Assembly: GCA_013239625.1 (NCBI GenBank)
Contig: MU053934.1
Coordinates: forward strand, 2,932,399-2,996,398
Length of the DNA: 64,000 bases
Reading direction: 5' to 3'
From: Lama guanicoe
Lineage: Eukaryota
The notes below the pieces were generated by a model. It ran no database searches, was not told the DNA's origin, and worked only from the letters and a program-made list of their open reading frames with translations. Position numbers and translations under genes: made by a program. Below, in pieces: positions 1-16,800 of the stretch (positions are counted from its first letter, which is position 1; every line of letters begins with the position of its first letter).

Positions 1-1063
1 ATGTATGAACTATTGGGTGATGACTGTTAAAGCCACAAGTAGAAGATCGGTTCCCAAGGCCCAGAACAGGACAATCTGAACTGTATTCTCTCTTCCCTTC
101 TCCAGCACCACCCTCTTCTCCAGCTGAAAGGAAAACCCAGAAAGGCTTCCAGTGGCTGCCTGGTTCCTTGGATGATGGAGATCTGAGCTAGGTAGGAGGG
201 CTGCCAGGCCCTGGGGGCACTAGAGAAGGCATGGAGTAAGGAGGGAGGGAAGAAGAGGACAAGAGACATGACCTTTTGCAATGAGGTCGAACTAGAACGT
301 GGGACCAGAGGGAAGCAGCTGCTGGTTGACGGGAGGCCCCCACCCCAGCAATCGTTTAAACCCTTGGGAACAGGGTCATAGACTGACAGGTGACCCAGTG
401 CCAGGAAGCTTTGGGGCTTTGGCGGCAGAAGAAAAACCTGGATTTGAGTTTCAGATCTACCTCCTACTACTGCAGAGGTTCTGGGCCAACCGTTTCTCAT
501 CTGCCTTTGAATTGGAGCAAAAAGCGCTCCCCTGACAAACAGAACGCGGGGGACCCACAGGACACACTGCAGATGTCCGGACCTCCAACCCACGCTTTGA
601 TCCAGAAGTGCCACCACTGGGCTCTGGGAAAGAGAAATGCTAGCCCATCACCTACTATGGACCCACTATGTGCTGCGGGCATAGGGGCTCCATGCAACTC
701 TTCACAGAATCCTGCCGGGTTACTAGCCCCATTGTGCCAAGGAGACAGGCTGAGGCTCGGAGAGGTTAAGGATCCTGCCTGAGGCCACATCCATCAGCTG
801 AGCCGAGCTTTGAACCCAGGAAGCATGATGTGTCACTGTGACCAAAAGTAGCCAGGCCAGGGGTGCCCAGGCCTCCTCTTGGCAGATTAGGACACCAAGG
901 TACAGGGGGTGAGGGGCTGACTGCCCGCAGGGATGGAGTGTCTGCAGTGAGGACAGACTTGCCAGGGGATTGGACAGTCCCAGCACTCAGCACAGGCCCA
1001 GCGTGGTGGAGGCCCTTGGTAGCTGTGAAATGAGTGTCCCTGGGGATGTATTCTGGGGTCTTA

Positions 1064-6526
<5,463 letters not shown>

Positions 6527-9500
6527 CGGCTCTTGCTCTGGGACAGGCAATTCTGAGCTTAGTCCTGTAGACAAAGAAACACATACGGTCGTTTCAAGTG
6601 ACACAGAGTCTCTGTAAACAAGGATGAACTGAAGGCTGAACAGGGAGGCCTGTGGCCATCTGCCCAGCCACTGGCCAGAGGTCACCCCATGCTGCTTCTA
6701 GGGCTTTCTAGCACCAAAGCGCCCCCTGCCCCATCCAGCCACCACTCCAGCACTGGGCCTGTCTCCTGGACCCCTGTGGGCTGTGCCCTCTCTGGAAAGC
6801 CCTCATCATCCCACAGCCAGTGCCTCAAAGGCCCTCCCAAACAGCCTAGGACCCAGGGCTCCTCTTCCTCCTTGGCAATCTTTTTCTTCCATCTTCTCCC
6901 CCCTCTGCACCACCCAACACCCTCCTAGGAGCCCCCAGCAGACCCCCAGCTAGGGGAGTGTGACCCCAAGCCCCCCATCCTGGTGACTATCTGCCTCCCT
7001 GCAAATAGGATTTTGCCCATCTTACCAGCTGGTCCTTCAAAGGAAAGAACCAGCTTGGCCAACGTGGAGGAGAGCCCCATACAGGAACCGACTCTGAGGA
7101 AATCTCAGTCTTCCCTCTAAAGGACAAGCTTTCGGGTTAAATCTGAGGGCCAACTCTGGCTTCTTCATAAGCCTCTGCAGCTTTCAGGTTTGTGTTCCTT
7201 TTTCCTAGGTGATCTTTTTCTTATTCATAGCCTCTTATTTTATCCCATGTTTTTTAAAGGCTTTTATGAATTTTGTAATATGAATAAAATAATTTATTGT
7301 ATAATGGATGTTTGACACCCAGACCTAAGTAATAAATATCTTCGTCATAAAGAAAGCACAGAAGTGGTGAGGCAGAACTGGAAGGGGTCTTTGAGGTTAG
7401 CTCATCCAATCTCTTTATTTTACAGATAGAGAAACTGAGAACCAGAGAGAGGGAGTGACTTGTCTGAGGTCACTCAGCAGGTCTGTCAGCTAGTAAACTC
7501 AGAGCAGGCTAAGAGCTAGATCAATTTTATTCTCTTGAAAAATTGCCAGCAAAACACCCTAGTAATTCTGACACCTAGTGGTTTGGTGATTACGCAGCAT
7601 CTGATAGGATTCTTAATGACCCTTATCCCCTTGGTATTTATACACTGTGTTGCCCCACAACCCATGAATATGGGATCGACCTAGTGACTTGCTTCTGATC
7701 AAAAGAAGAAGACAAAAGTGAGAGAGTGTCACATCCAAGGTTAGGTTAGTGACTTCTGTCTTGCTCTCTGGCTCTCCTTGGCTTGCTCGTTCTGATGGAA
7801 GCAGCCACCATGTTTTGAGTGGCCCTAGCGAGAGGCTCAAGTGGCAGGAACTGAGGGTGGCCAAAAGCCCATAAGGACCAGAGATCTTGTTCCAATAGTC
7901 CTCAAAGAATTGAATGAATCCTGCCACCTGAATGGTTCTTCCCCAGTTGAGCTTTGATATGAGCACAGCCCAGCCAACACATTAATTATAGCCTGTGGGA
8001 GACCGTGAGCCAAGCCACACCCAGCATCCTGATCCATAGAAACTGTGAGATAATAAATGTGTACCTTTTTTTTTCAGCATATGATTTGCAGTCACTAAGC
8101 TTTATGAGATTTTTTATGCAGCAGTAGAGAATGTATATTTTGGTACCAGGAGTGGAGTGCTGCCGTAAAAAATACCTAAGAGTGTGGGAGTGGCTTTGGA
8201 ACCAAGCAGTAGGTGGAGCCTGGAAGGATTTTGAGGACCATGATGGAAAAAGATCAAATTGGGTGATCTAGTGAAGGAGATTTGCAAGCAAAATATTTAA
8301 GGTGCCTCCCAGTTTCTTCTTCCTGTTAGTGAAACATGAGAGGAGAGAGAGAAATTGAAGGAAAGATTATTAAAAGAAAAGGAGACAGAATTCAATCGTT
8401 TTGGAAATTCTCATCCTCTCCAGATGTCAAAAGATGCCAAAATTAAGAAATAGCTTCAGAGGACTGTTGGGAAAATGCAGCCAAGGGTGTGACTGCTAAA
8501 CCCTTAGAAAGAGGAAAGCTTGGAGTATTATTCAGTCACACAAAGGGCCCTTTAAAGAGATAAAGACATGACTCACGGATCCTCGTAGTGGAACAATAGG
8601 GCCTCTTGGAAGCTTAATGTGACTTTTGTCTAGTGGAGTGAACCTCTAAGTTTCACAGCTTTCGAGAAAACTAAGTTGGCAAAAATACTGCCAGCTTGGA
8701 CTGAAAGGGACAGAAACAGTACAACATGAAAAGAGAGAGACCAGTGGACTCCCAAATTCTACCGGCAGAAAGCAGTCTGAGAAAAGCAGTCAGCTGCAAA
8801 CACATGCTTCTTTAAAAAACAAAAAAACAAAAAATAAACAAACAAAAAGATACCACAGTAAGTGAAAGCGACAATCCGTATGGCAGAGCAGAGAGCCATG
8901 GAGAATTACCTCCAGGACTTGAGGCCAATCAAGGAAAGTCCAGCATTCGCCTGGCTGGATTTCGGAATTGCTATGGACCAATGACTCCTTCGTGTCTCCG
9001 TTTTCCTCATTTTTGAGCAGGAATGTCTATAGCTCTTATCCCATTTCTGCCACCCCATTGTATGTTGGGTGTGTTCAGGGCAGATGGCTTAGTTTCACAG
9101 AGCTATTGATGGGGAAGAGTGACATCCAAGGAGGCTCATCCACACCTGGACCCAATTTATAGGATGAGATTGTAGATTGTAAGCTGATGCTGTAATAAGA
9201 TGAGACTTCTGGAGGTCTTGGGAGGGGAAAAATGTATTTTGTGTGTGGAATGGATGTTTATCATTGGAGGCTACAGGGTGGACCCAGTGGGCAGTAGGCG
9301 TGGCTCCTAATGACCCCTATTCCTTGGTATTGGCACCCTTGTATAATTCCAACACTTCGAGGATGGGCTGGATCTACTGACTTGCTTCTAACCAATAGAA
9401 TACGGTGAAAATGATGGATGCCACTTCTAAGATGATGTTATAAAAGACTGTGACTTCGATCTTGTTCACACTCTCTCTGGCTTTTCTTGCATTGATGAAA

Positions 9501-9614
9501 GCAGCTTCCATGTTGTGAGCTGCCTTCTGGAGAAGCCTACATGACAAGGAGCTGAGGGCCTCTGGCCACCAACTCATGAAGAACTGAGGCCCTCAGTTTA
9601 ATAATCTGTGAGTA

Positions 9615-9739
9615 CAGGGAACTATATTCAATATCTTGTAATAACCTTTAATGAAAAAGAATATGAAAATGAATGTAAGTGTGTATATGCATGTCTGGGA
9701 CATTGTGCTGTGCACCCAAAACTGACACATTGTAACTGA

Positions 9740-9783
<44 letters not shown>
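9615..9783 (+). mobile_element. 5'-truncated L1 3' end with an (AAT)n tail nested in the right MaLR LTR
   Basis: L1-type 3' UTR (agggaactatattcaatatcttgtaataacc..ctgacacattgtaactgac); 16-bp TSD taataatctgtgagta at 9599-9614 / 9784-9799. Confidence 0.8.

Positions 9784-9790
<7 letters not shown>
9743..9790. repeat. (AAT)16 microsatellite
   Basis: Direct read. Confidence 0.95.
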
Positions 9791-10664
9791 CTGTGAGTAA
9801 CCAAATCCTACCATGTGAGTGGCCATGGAAAGGGGTCCTTCTCTAGTTGAGCTGTGAGATGAGACTGAAGCCCCAGCCGATACCTTGATCACAGTCTATG
9901 AGAGACTCTGAGACAGATGACCTGTTGAAGCTACATCGATTTTCCTGACCCGCAAAAACTATGAGATCATAAATGTTGCTGTATTAAGCCTCTGAGTTTG
10001 GGGTGATTTGTTACGCAGCCGGAGATAATGAATACAGCTCATATGTTAAGCATTCTCACATCTAGCTGATTAGTCTCTTTCACAAGAACTCAGTGAGGTG
10101 TTCAAAGAAAGTATTAGCTCACCCTCTTTCACAAGTGGAGAAACTGAGGCTCAGAAAAGAAACAGGACCTCACCCAGGTGCTGAAACCAAGCCCTACTTC
10201 TACTGTCTCTTTCAAGTTCACTTTCTGCTCCTGTCGCTGTGCTCCATCCCCAGTCACCCACCTGATGTGCCCACAGCACTCCCATCTCCCCAGTGGTACC
10301 CTCAGCCCAGAGCAGCCTAGACTGCCTTGAAAAGAACTGTGGACTCACTGCCAGTTTCTGATCTGGAGAGAAAGGCCCCAAGAGATGTCAGTCAAGGAGG
10401 GAGAGAAAGTAGGTCCTGTTAGGTCTGGCACTCCACTCACGAGCAACTCTGCATGGAAAGAAGGAAGATGAAGTCCTGTGTCCTGGCAGATCCCTGACCC
10501 ACCTCCGGGTCCCCGCCTCACCTCTCCACTCTCTCTCATCACTTTAGAAAACACGTGAACCACCCTGATGTGCGCTGAAGCCCAAGAGTGCAGATCTGCG
10601 CTGCACCACTGCTGCTGGAGACCAATGGATGGTTGCTGAGGAGTGGCCCTCCCCCTTTATTGGA

Positions 10665-10678
10665 GTTGCCATGGTGAT
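10665..10678. promoter_or_regulatory. RFX X-box-like motif in the candidate TEX33 promoter
   Basis: GTTGCCATGGTGAT next to an inverted CCAAT (10659-10663). Confidence 0.5.
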
Positions 10679-11469
10679 CACTGTCCTCAGGGCTCTGTTA
10701 CCTCAGAGGGCTGATAAGCCCACCCTGGGGGACAGAGGCCAGGAAGAGTCAGTACTGAGGGGGCAGCAAGGGCCTTCAGGTGTTGTTCATTCTCATTCAC
10801 TCAAAATGTCCCCTGAGCACCCACCATGAGCCAGGCTGTGTGCCAGGCACAGATGGCTCAGATGCTGTCAAGTGTGAAGGATGTTCTTAGGATTACAAAG
10901 GATTAAGAAGAGAGGGTGATTAGTTTTGTCTAGGGAAGAGGAGGTGGGGCTCACAGAAGGGCCGTTTGAGCTGGATCTTGAAGGATGTGTAGGAGTTTAA
11001 CAGTTTAAAAGGGACTGGAATATTAAAGGCACAGGTGTGCTTATGAGCATAAATTAGGTCAAGAGGAGTAGGGAGGGGACAGAAAGATGCACCTGGAGCT
11101 GCCTGAACAGGGAGTGAAGGGATCAGGGGTAAAATTAGAGCAGAGGTGGGACAGCATGAGTCTACCCTCCTCCCCTTAAACCACAAGGGCTACAGAAGAT
11201 TAACAAAGTTGAATGACTTCTGCAGTTTGTTCTGAACAAGCTTGGTCCTGCCTGGCTGTTGCTCACCTGAGGGCAGGGAAAGAGAGAGGGATTGGGGAGT
11301 TAAGAAATGCCTCTTGCATGCCCAGCCTTTCAGGGTCTCCCAAGGAGGCACAGAGCATAGTTAAACTTGGGGTCCCCAGAGTCTGGGCCTGCCACTTATT
11401 AGAAGAGTAACTTTGGCCAAGTTCTTTAGCTGAACTTTCCTTGTATGTGAAACAGCTAGGGTTAATAGA

Positions 11470-11725
11470 GTTCTCACCAGGAACCAAATTTGTCGGCACC
11501 TTGATCTTGGACTTCTAGCCTCCAGGACTGTGAAAAATAAATGCCTGTGGTTTAAGCCACCCAGTCCCGTTATATCAGCTCAAGACAGCATCCCACTCCT
11601 TTGCCACATTTTGTTGGTTAAAAGCAAGTCACAGCTTCCACTCACTTTCAAGGGCAGGGATCACACAGGGAGTGGACATCAGGAGGCATAGATGATGGGG
11701 ACCGCTCTAGGATCTGGCCACCAAG
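11470..11725. mobile_element. MaLR LTR fragments
   Basis: ggcaccttgatcttggacttctagcctccaggactgtgaaaaataaatgcctgtggtttaagccacccag is a typical MLT1/MST LTR 3' end. Confidence 0.6.
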
Positions 11726-11739
11726 TCCCCTTACAGTCT

Positions 11740-12330
11740 CACCTTAGCGGCCAAGTGGTGTTGTTAGAACCTATGTGGAATCACATCACCACTCTAATCA
11801 AAACCTTCCAGTAGCTTCCCATCTCAGCCAGAGTAAAAAGTATATTCCTTCCATTGATTTGCAAAGACCTACCCAAGATGCCCCCCTCACGTTTCTGACC
11901 TCAGCTCCTCCCGCTCTCCTGATCACTCTTTTGGCCCCAGCCACACACCGGCTTCCTCTGTTTCTTGAACACACCAAACACAGTCCTGCCTCAGGGCCTT
12001 TGCACTGGCTGCTCCCTCTGCTGCAACTTTCCTTCCTCAGATATCTACATGACTTGCTTTTTCACCTCCTCAGGGGCTCGGCTTGCCTACCCAGACTACC
12101 TTTAAACAAAAAACAAAACGAACCCTAACCCATCCCACACTCCCCATTCCCCATACCCTATCTTTTCTCCCACAGCACTTGTCACCATCTGACACACTGT
12201 ATATATATTCATTTGTTCTTTCCCCCAGGTAGGATATGAACCACATGTGAGGAAGGAGGTGGACTGTTGTGTTCACTGCCATGTCCTAGCACCTGGACCA
12301 GTGCCCAACTCTCAGTGAATGTGTCAAGAG
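11740..12330 (+). mobile_element. L2 remnant
   Basis: cctgcctcagggcctttgcactggctg..., gttcactgccatgtcctagcacctggaccagtgccc resemble the L2 3' end. Confidence 0.6.
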
Positions 12331-12731
12331 AATGAGTTCTGGGATTGGAGAAGGAGGGGAGAGAGTCTTTATCTCCTGAAACTGGCTCTTCAGCCCCTCA
12401 AGGCTCTAATAAGAGACTTAAAGCTGGCGTGAGAAGGACAACATGGAGGCAAGAGGGGTCAGCCGTCCAGACTGCCCGACCCTCTCCCACCGCACAACCC
12501 GCAGGCGTCCAGCCCCCACCTCTCACCCAGCCTCCTCAGTATTAACAAGGCACCTTATTGCCCCTACTCCAGGCTAGGGGCTGGTCCATCACTGACAACC
12601 TTGTCCCTGGCTCTCCTCCTCCTGTCCAGTCTTAATCCAGGAAGTCTGTACAGCGGGGACCTGAGAGTCCCCAGTAGGTGGGGCTTGGAATCACCTTCCA
12701 GCTGCAGAAGAGGGTTTAGAGAGCCTGTTTC

Positions 12732-12819
12732 TAGAAAACTCAAAATCCAGCCACATCAGTCCCAGTCTGCCAGGTTAGAAAACTCAAAATCCAGCCACAT
12801 CAGTCCCAGTCTGCCAGGT
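12732..12819. repeat. Perfect 2 x 44 bp tandem duplication
   Basis: tagaaaactcaaaatccagccacatcagtcccagtctgccaggt at 12732-12775 and 12776-12819. Confidence 0.95.
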
Positions 12820-13379
12820 TACTTTCTTCTCCCCTAACTTCCTGACTCACGCTGCCAAAGCTCTTAGACCTCCCAGGGACTGAAGCTGCTTCTCCAGCCC
12901 CTCCTCACATCGCTCCCCAAAGGGTCTAATTCTCATCCAGGAAGGACACCCCAGGTGGAGGCCACCCTCTTTTGGCCCTCTTGTGAGCATCACCTCTTCT
13001 GAAAGGCCCAGGGCCTGTGGGACACCTCTGTGAACACTCATTTCAAGTGGAAGACCAGCAGTCTCCTCTCCCACCCCCGCCTCCCAGAGGCCGGGCCTAC
13101 AGCAGGAAGGGGTGGTACCTGGCTAGTTTGAATTTCATCTCTTTCTGGCTCCCTGGTACCCCTTCCAGGTGAGGTCCCAGCGTGCTCCTCCTGTGCGGCA
13201 CAGCAGGCGGCTTCCATTGCCAAAACTAAATAATTAAGCGGTGTCCCCAGCATGGCTTCTCCAGCTGCAGGTTGCTCTGGAGTTCCTTTCCTTGATGGGT
13301 TCTAAGGAATCTGAAGGAGATGAGGCAAGGATGGAACGAGGGAGAAACAGGCACGCACAGCTACTCAGAAAAGGCCAAG

Positions 13380-13385
13380 TTTATT
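13380..13385 (-). terminator. TST polyadenylation signal AATAAA
   Basis: tttatt on + strand, 150 nt past the stop codon. Confidence 0.75.
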
Positions 13386-13534
13386 CCAGTGTCATTGGGG
13401 AGAGGAGGGCTCTACGCAGCAATTCTAAAAACTTGTCGATTTCCTTTGCCGATGAGGCGTGGTCCCAGCTGTGGGCCAGGCCAGGGTCACTACATCGGCA
13501 AGAGTTGTGGGCGAGGAGAGGAGAGGCCCACCGC

Positions 13535-13833
13535 TCAGGCCTTCCCTCCCTTCCCCTGGGACACACGGGTCTCCGGGGGGGCCCGGTGGAACCACTCAAA
13601 CCAGGAGCCGTCATAGACGGCCACATCGGGCTTGCCACAGAGGTAGGCGGCCAGGGCGATGTGGCAGGCGGTGACACCCTTCCGGCACGTGGCGATGAGG
13701 GGCTGTGTGAGGTCCACCTTTTTGGCCTGGAACATGGCGCAGAGCTCCTCTGGGCTCTTCTCGAAGCCGTCCTCCGTCAGGAAGTTCATGAACGGCATGT
13801 TAATCGAGCCTCGGATGTGGCCCGAGTCCAGTC
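13535..13833 (-). CDS. TST: TST last coding exon (299 nt including TGA)
   Basis: tgcccag|GACTGGACTCG...; ends GKGGKA-stop. Confidence 0.96.
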
Positions 13834-16800
13834 CTGGGCAGGGGCAGAGGACACGGGGTAGGACAGGGTTAGGAGCGGCATAGGGGGTGGGGGCGAACGG
13901 GGTCTGGAGGCTGCAATCAACTGTGGCTATAAAAATAGGGAACTTTGCAAAATAACGTCTTTGCCTTTGGAGCTCAATTTATTCCATCCCTACCGCCGAT
14001 GCTCATGACTCCTCCCCTCCTCCTAATCTGCCTTGAAATAGGACTGTCCGAACTCCTACCTGCTTGAGAGGACAGGGAGGAGTTTCAGCTCTACCATATA
14101 CTAACCTTTACCTTGGGCAAATTGCTTCACTTCTTTGAACCTCAGTTTTCTCATCTGTAAAATGGACTCAGTGGTACATACCTATCTTGTAGATTGTAGA
14201 GAAGAGCAAATGGGACAATTAATGCAAATGCCATGTGTTGTGCCGATTGCTGAGAACACAGCGGTAAAGGGGAGAGACCGAGCCCAGGCACACAGTGTGG
14301 AAAGAGCCTGTGACCGGCTATTAGACATAAGTACAAATCCCAGCTCTGCCACTTCCTGGCCGGGTGACCTTAAGCAAGTCATGTCACCTCTCTGAGCCTC
14401 TGTCCCCATGGGTAAAATGGGAATGAATGCTCACATGTACAAAGGCTGCTGTCAGGAGTAAAGCACCTACGACTGAGGCCGCCCGCCACCCTCGGTGCTG
14501 TTGTTCTCCACCACTTCTCCACTTAACCCTCGGGGGCTGGTGAGAAGGGGCACAGTGTGGTCCTGCCAGGCCCTTCCTCGCCGCCCCGAGAGGCTTGGAT
14601 GGAAGCAGAATGGGGGTCTAGGCTAGCTCCAGGATCCATTCCAGAAACTTCTATGCACCCAGTAAGGTCCCTCTGCCAAATGTGACTTCAGAATAGCCAG
14701 CATGTGGGGCAAACGAGACTGGGCCCTGCTGCCACCCCCAGGGCCAAGGTCTTGGTCCAGCCCCCAGCATGCCCCAGGTCACTCCTCTTCCTCAAGCACC
14801 CCACACCCTGGCAGACTGGGCACTGGGACTGGGGCCCAGAGGAACATTGGAGTGTCTCTCTGGGCCCCCCTTCCTCCAAAATTCCCCATCACTCCATTCA
14901 ACCCAGACTGTGGGGCAGGGCAGGACCAGGGTGGGCAGCAGTGGGAGGGGGAGAACCTGACTGGAGTGATCAGGGCACATACTGGGGCAGCGTTCAGCCA
15001 GGCAGGCCCTGTAACTTTGAGCCTCAGTACCTGGCCTGTGAAATGGGGAGATAGCCCCACCAACACACAGGCTTGTGGGGAAGTCATCTACTGCAGATAA
15101 AAGCCCCTAATGACCCTGGGCACACAGTAGGTGCGCAATCAGGCCAGTGATGTCCCATTCCCCTCACCCCGAGATCAAAGACGATTCGAAACTCACTGGC
15201 ATCATTTAAGAGTTCCTGTGATTGAATAGATGTCCTGACTTATAAAATTATAGTGATTTCTGCCTGCTGTGATTTCATCTTTTTGTCTGGAAACTTTAAT
15301 CTGAGATCAGATGTGTGCTGACCCTACCAATGAAGAACAATTGATCAGTTGGCTTCAAGGGTGTTCTTTTTCAAGAAATCCAACTTTAAAATTTTTCAGC
15401 ATCCAGGCAGTGGGCTGGACTTAAAGTGCGTTTAAAAGCACAAGCGTTTGTTGAGTCCTGAAAGCTGTTCTGTTTCTTTCCTCCCCCAATCCCTGATGAA
15501 ACAGCCTCATTGTTTTCTTTCCTAATTACATAAAAGGCACCTCTTCTTAGTAAAGAAGTCGAGGGACAGGAGGGTGGTTGTTCCTTGAATCTTGCCCCCC
15601 AGCACTGGGCCAGCCTGGGAGGTGGGGGCCCTCCCTTTCATCAGCCAGCGAGAGCTCAGGGCTTGTCTAAGGAATTTAAATAAGCAGGAACCGCCTGCGT
15701 GGGGGGAGGGCCCGGATAAACTTGGCCAGAGAACCTTGGGGAACAGCCAACTGAGGGAAAAGGCATTCCTGCTGCTCCTCCAAGTCCAGCCTCAGCTGCG
15801 GGCTCCTGGCTTTCCCTGCCTTCAGCAGACAAGCTACCATGCTCAGAACCTCTGGCACAAGACAATGGGTTATCTCGAGAACTTTATCTTCCGCAGTCCT
15901 CACAAAGCAGAGGAGATTAGCCTCCTGGCACTAATCGGGGGGAGTACAGGCTCAGAGAGGTGAGATCACTTGCCCCATGACACACAGCACAGATGTGACA
16001 TGGAAGTCAGGTGTGTCTGTCCCCAAAGCTTGTGTTCTCTGAGCACCCTGGGTCTCCCTGGAAAGAGCAGCCGAGGCAGGGGAATGATTGGGATGACCTT
16101 CATGTTCCTCAGCTGCTCAGAGGTCTGGGACTTTGTGTTCCAGCTTTGGCCAAAAAGATGCTAGTCCATTTGGTGAGTTAACATCCCTCAGGTCACTGAC
16201 AGGTGTGGGTTTTCAAGCCAGGAAAACCTGTTTGGCTCTTTTTTGCTTTCATCAAAAAGACACTAAGACACCCAGTGCAGGTAGTCTCAGAGGCTGGGAG
16301 GCAGCTCAGCTCTCCTCCACCCGCTCCAACCCCAGCACCCAGCCCTGGGAGGAGATCAGGTGGAGGGGCCACACCATCTCATGCAGCAATATGAAGCAAC
16401 ACCTCAGAGCTGCGACCTTTCCCCCATCCCTGTGTTTGCTGACACAGCGGTGGCCTTGGGAAACAACCCCACTTTATTGCCTGCCGACTGGGGCCAAGTG
16501 TTTGCCACTGTCTCTGGCTAGAGAAATCTGTCCCCTTCCCCATCTGCAGAGTGGGAGCACTTTGTACCCTACACCTGCCTCCCCTGCAGGGCCGCTGCAG
16601 GTGTTGAGGAGAGAATGTGTGTAAAAGGTCCTGCGAATAAAATATGTTAGGGAGTCCGTTCCACCCTCTCCACCCTCACTGGACCCGGGGGGAGAATAAG
16701 GTTTATAAAGACTCTGAGCTGTATCAACTCTCAGCTCTACTCTCTCCCCTCCCCCAAGGCTCCTACAAGGTACGCGGTGTTCCTTTCACTAGGAGGGTTC

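Larger units (their letters stand above)
7590..10036 (+). mobile_element. MaLR (MLT1-like) element with LTR (~7590-8135), internal segment (~8136-9285) and LTR (~9286-10036)
   Basis: Two diverged direct copies of taatgaccc..ccttggtatt..gtgacttgcttct..gcagc-ccatgtt..aactgtgagat-ataaatgt..gcagc; the internal part begins tttggtaccaggagtgg; boundaries approximate. Confidence 0.7.

Noticed and set aside
9593..9892. ORF with a poly-Ile run
   Set aside because: Translation of the (ATT)n microsatellite in an L1/LTR context
13241..13861. 206-aa + strand ORF
   Set aside because: Antisense shadow of the TST last exon and UTR
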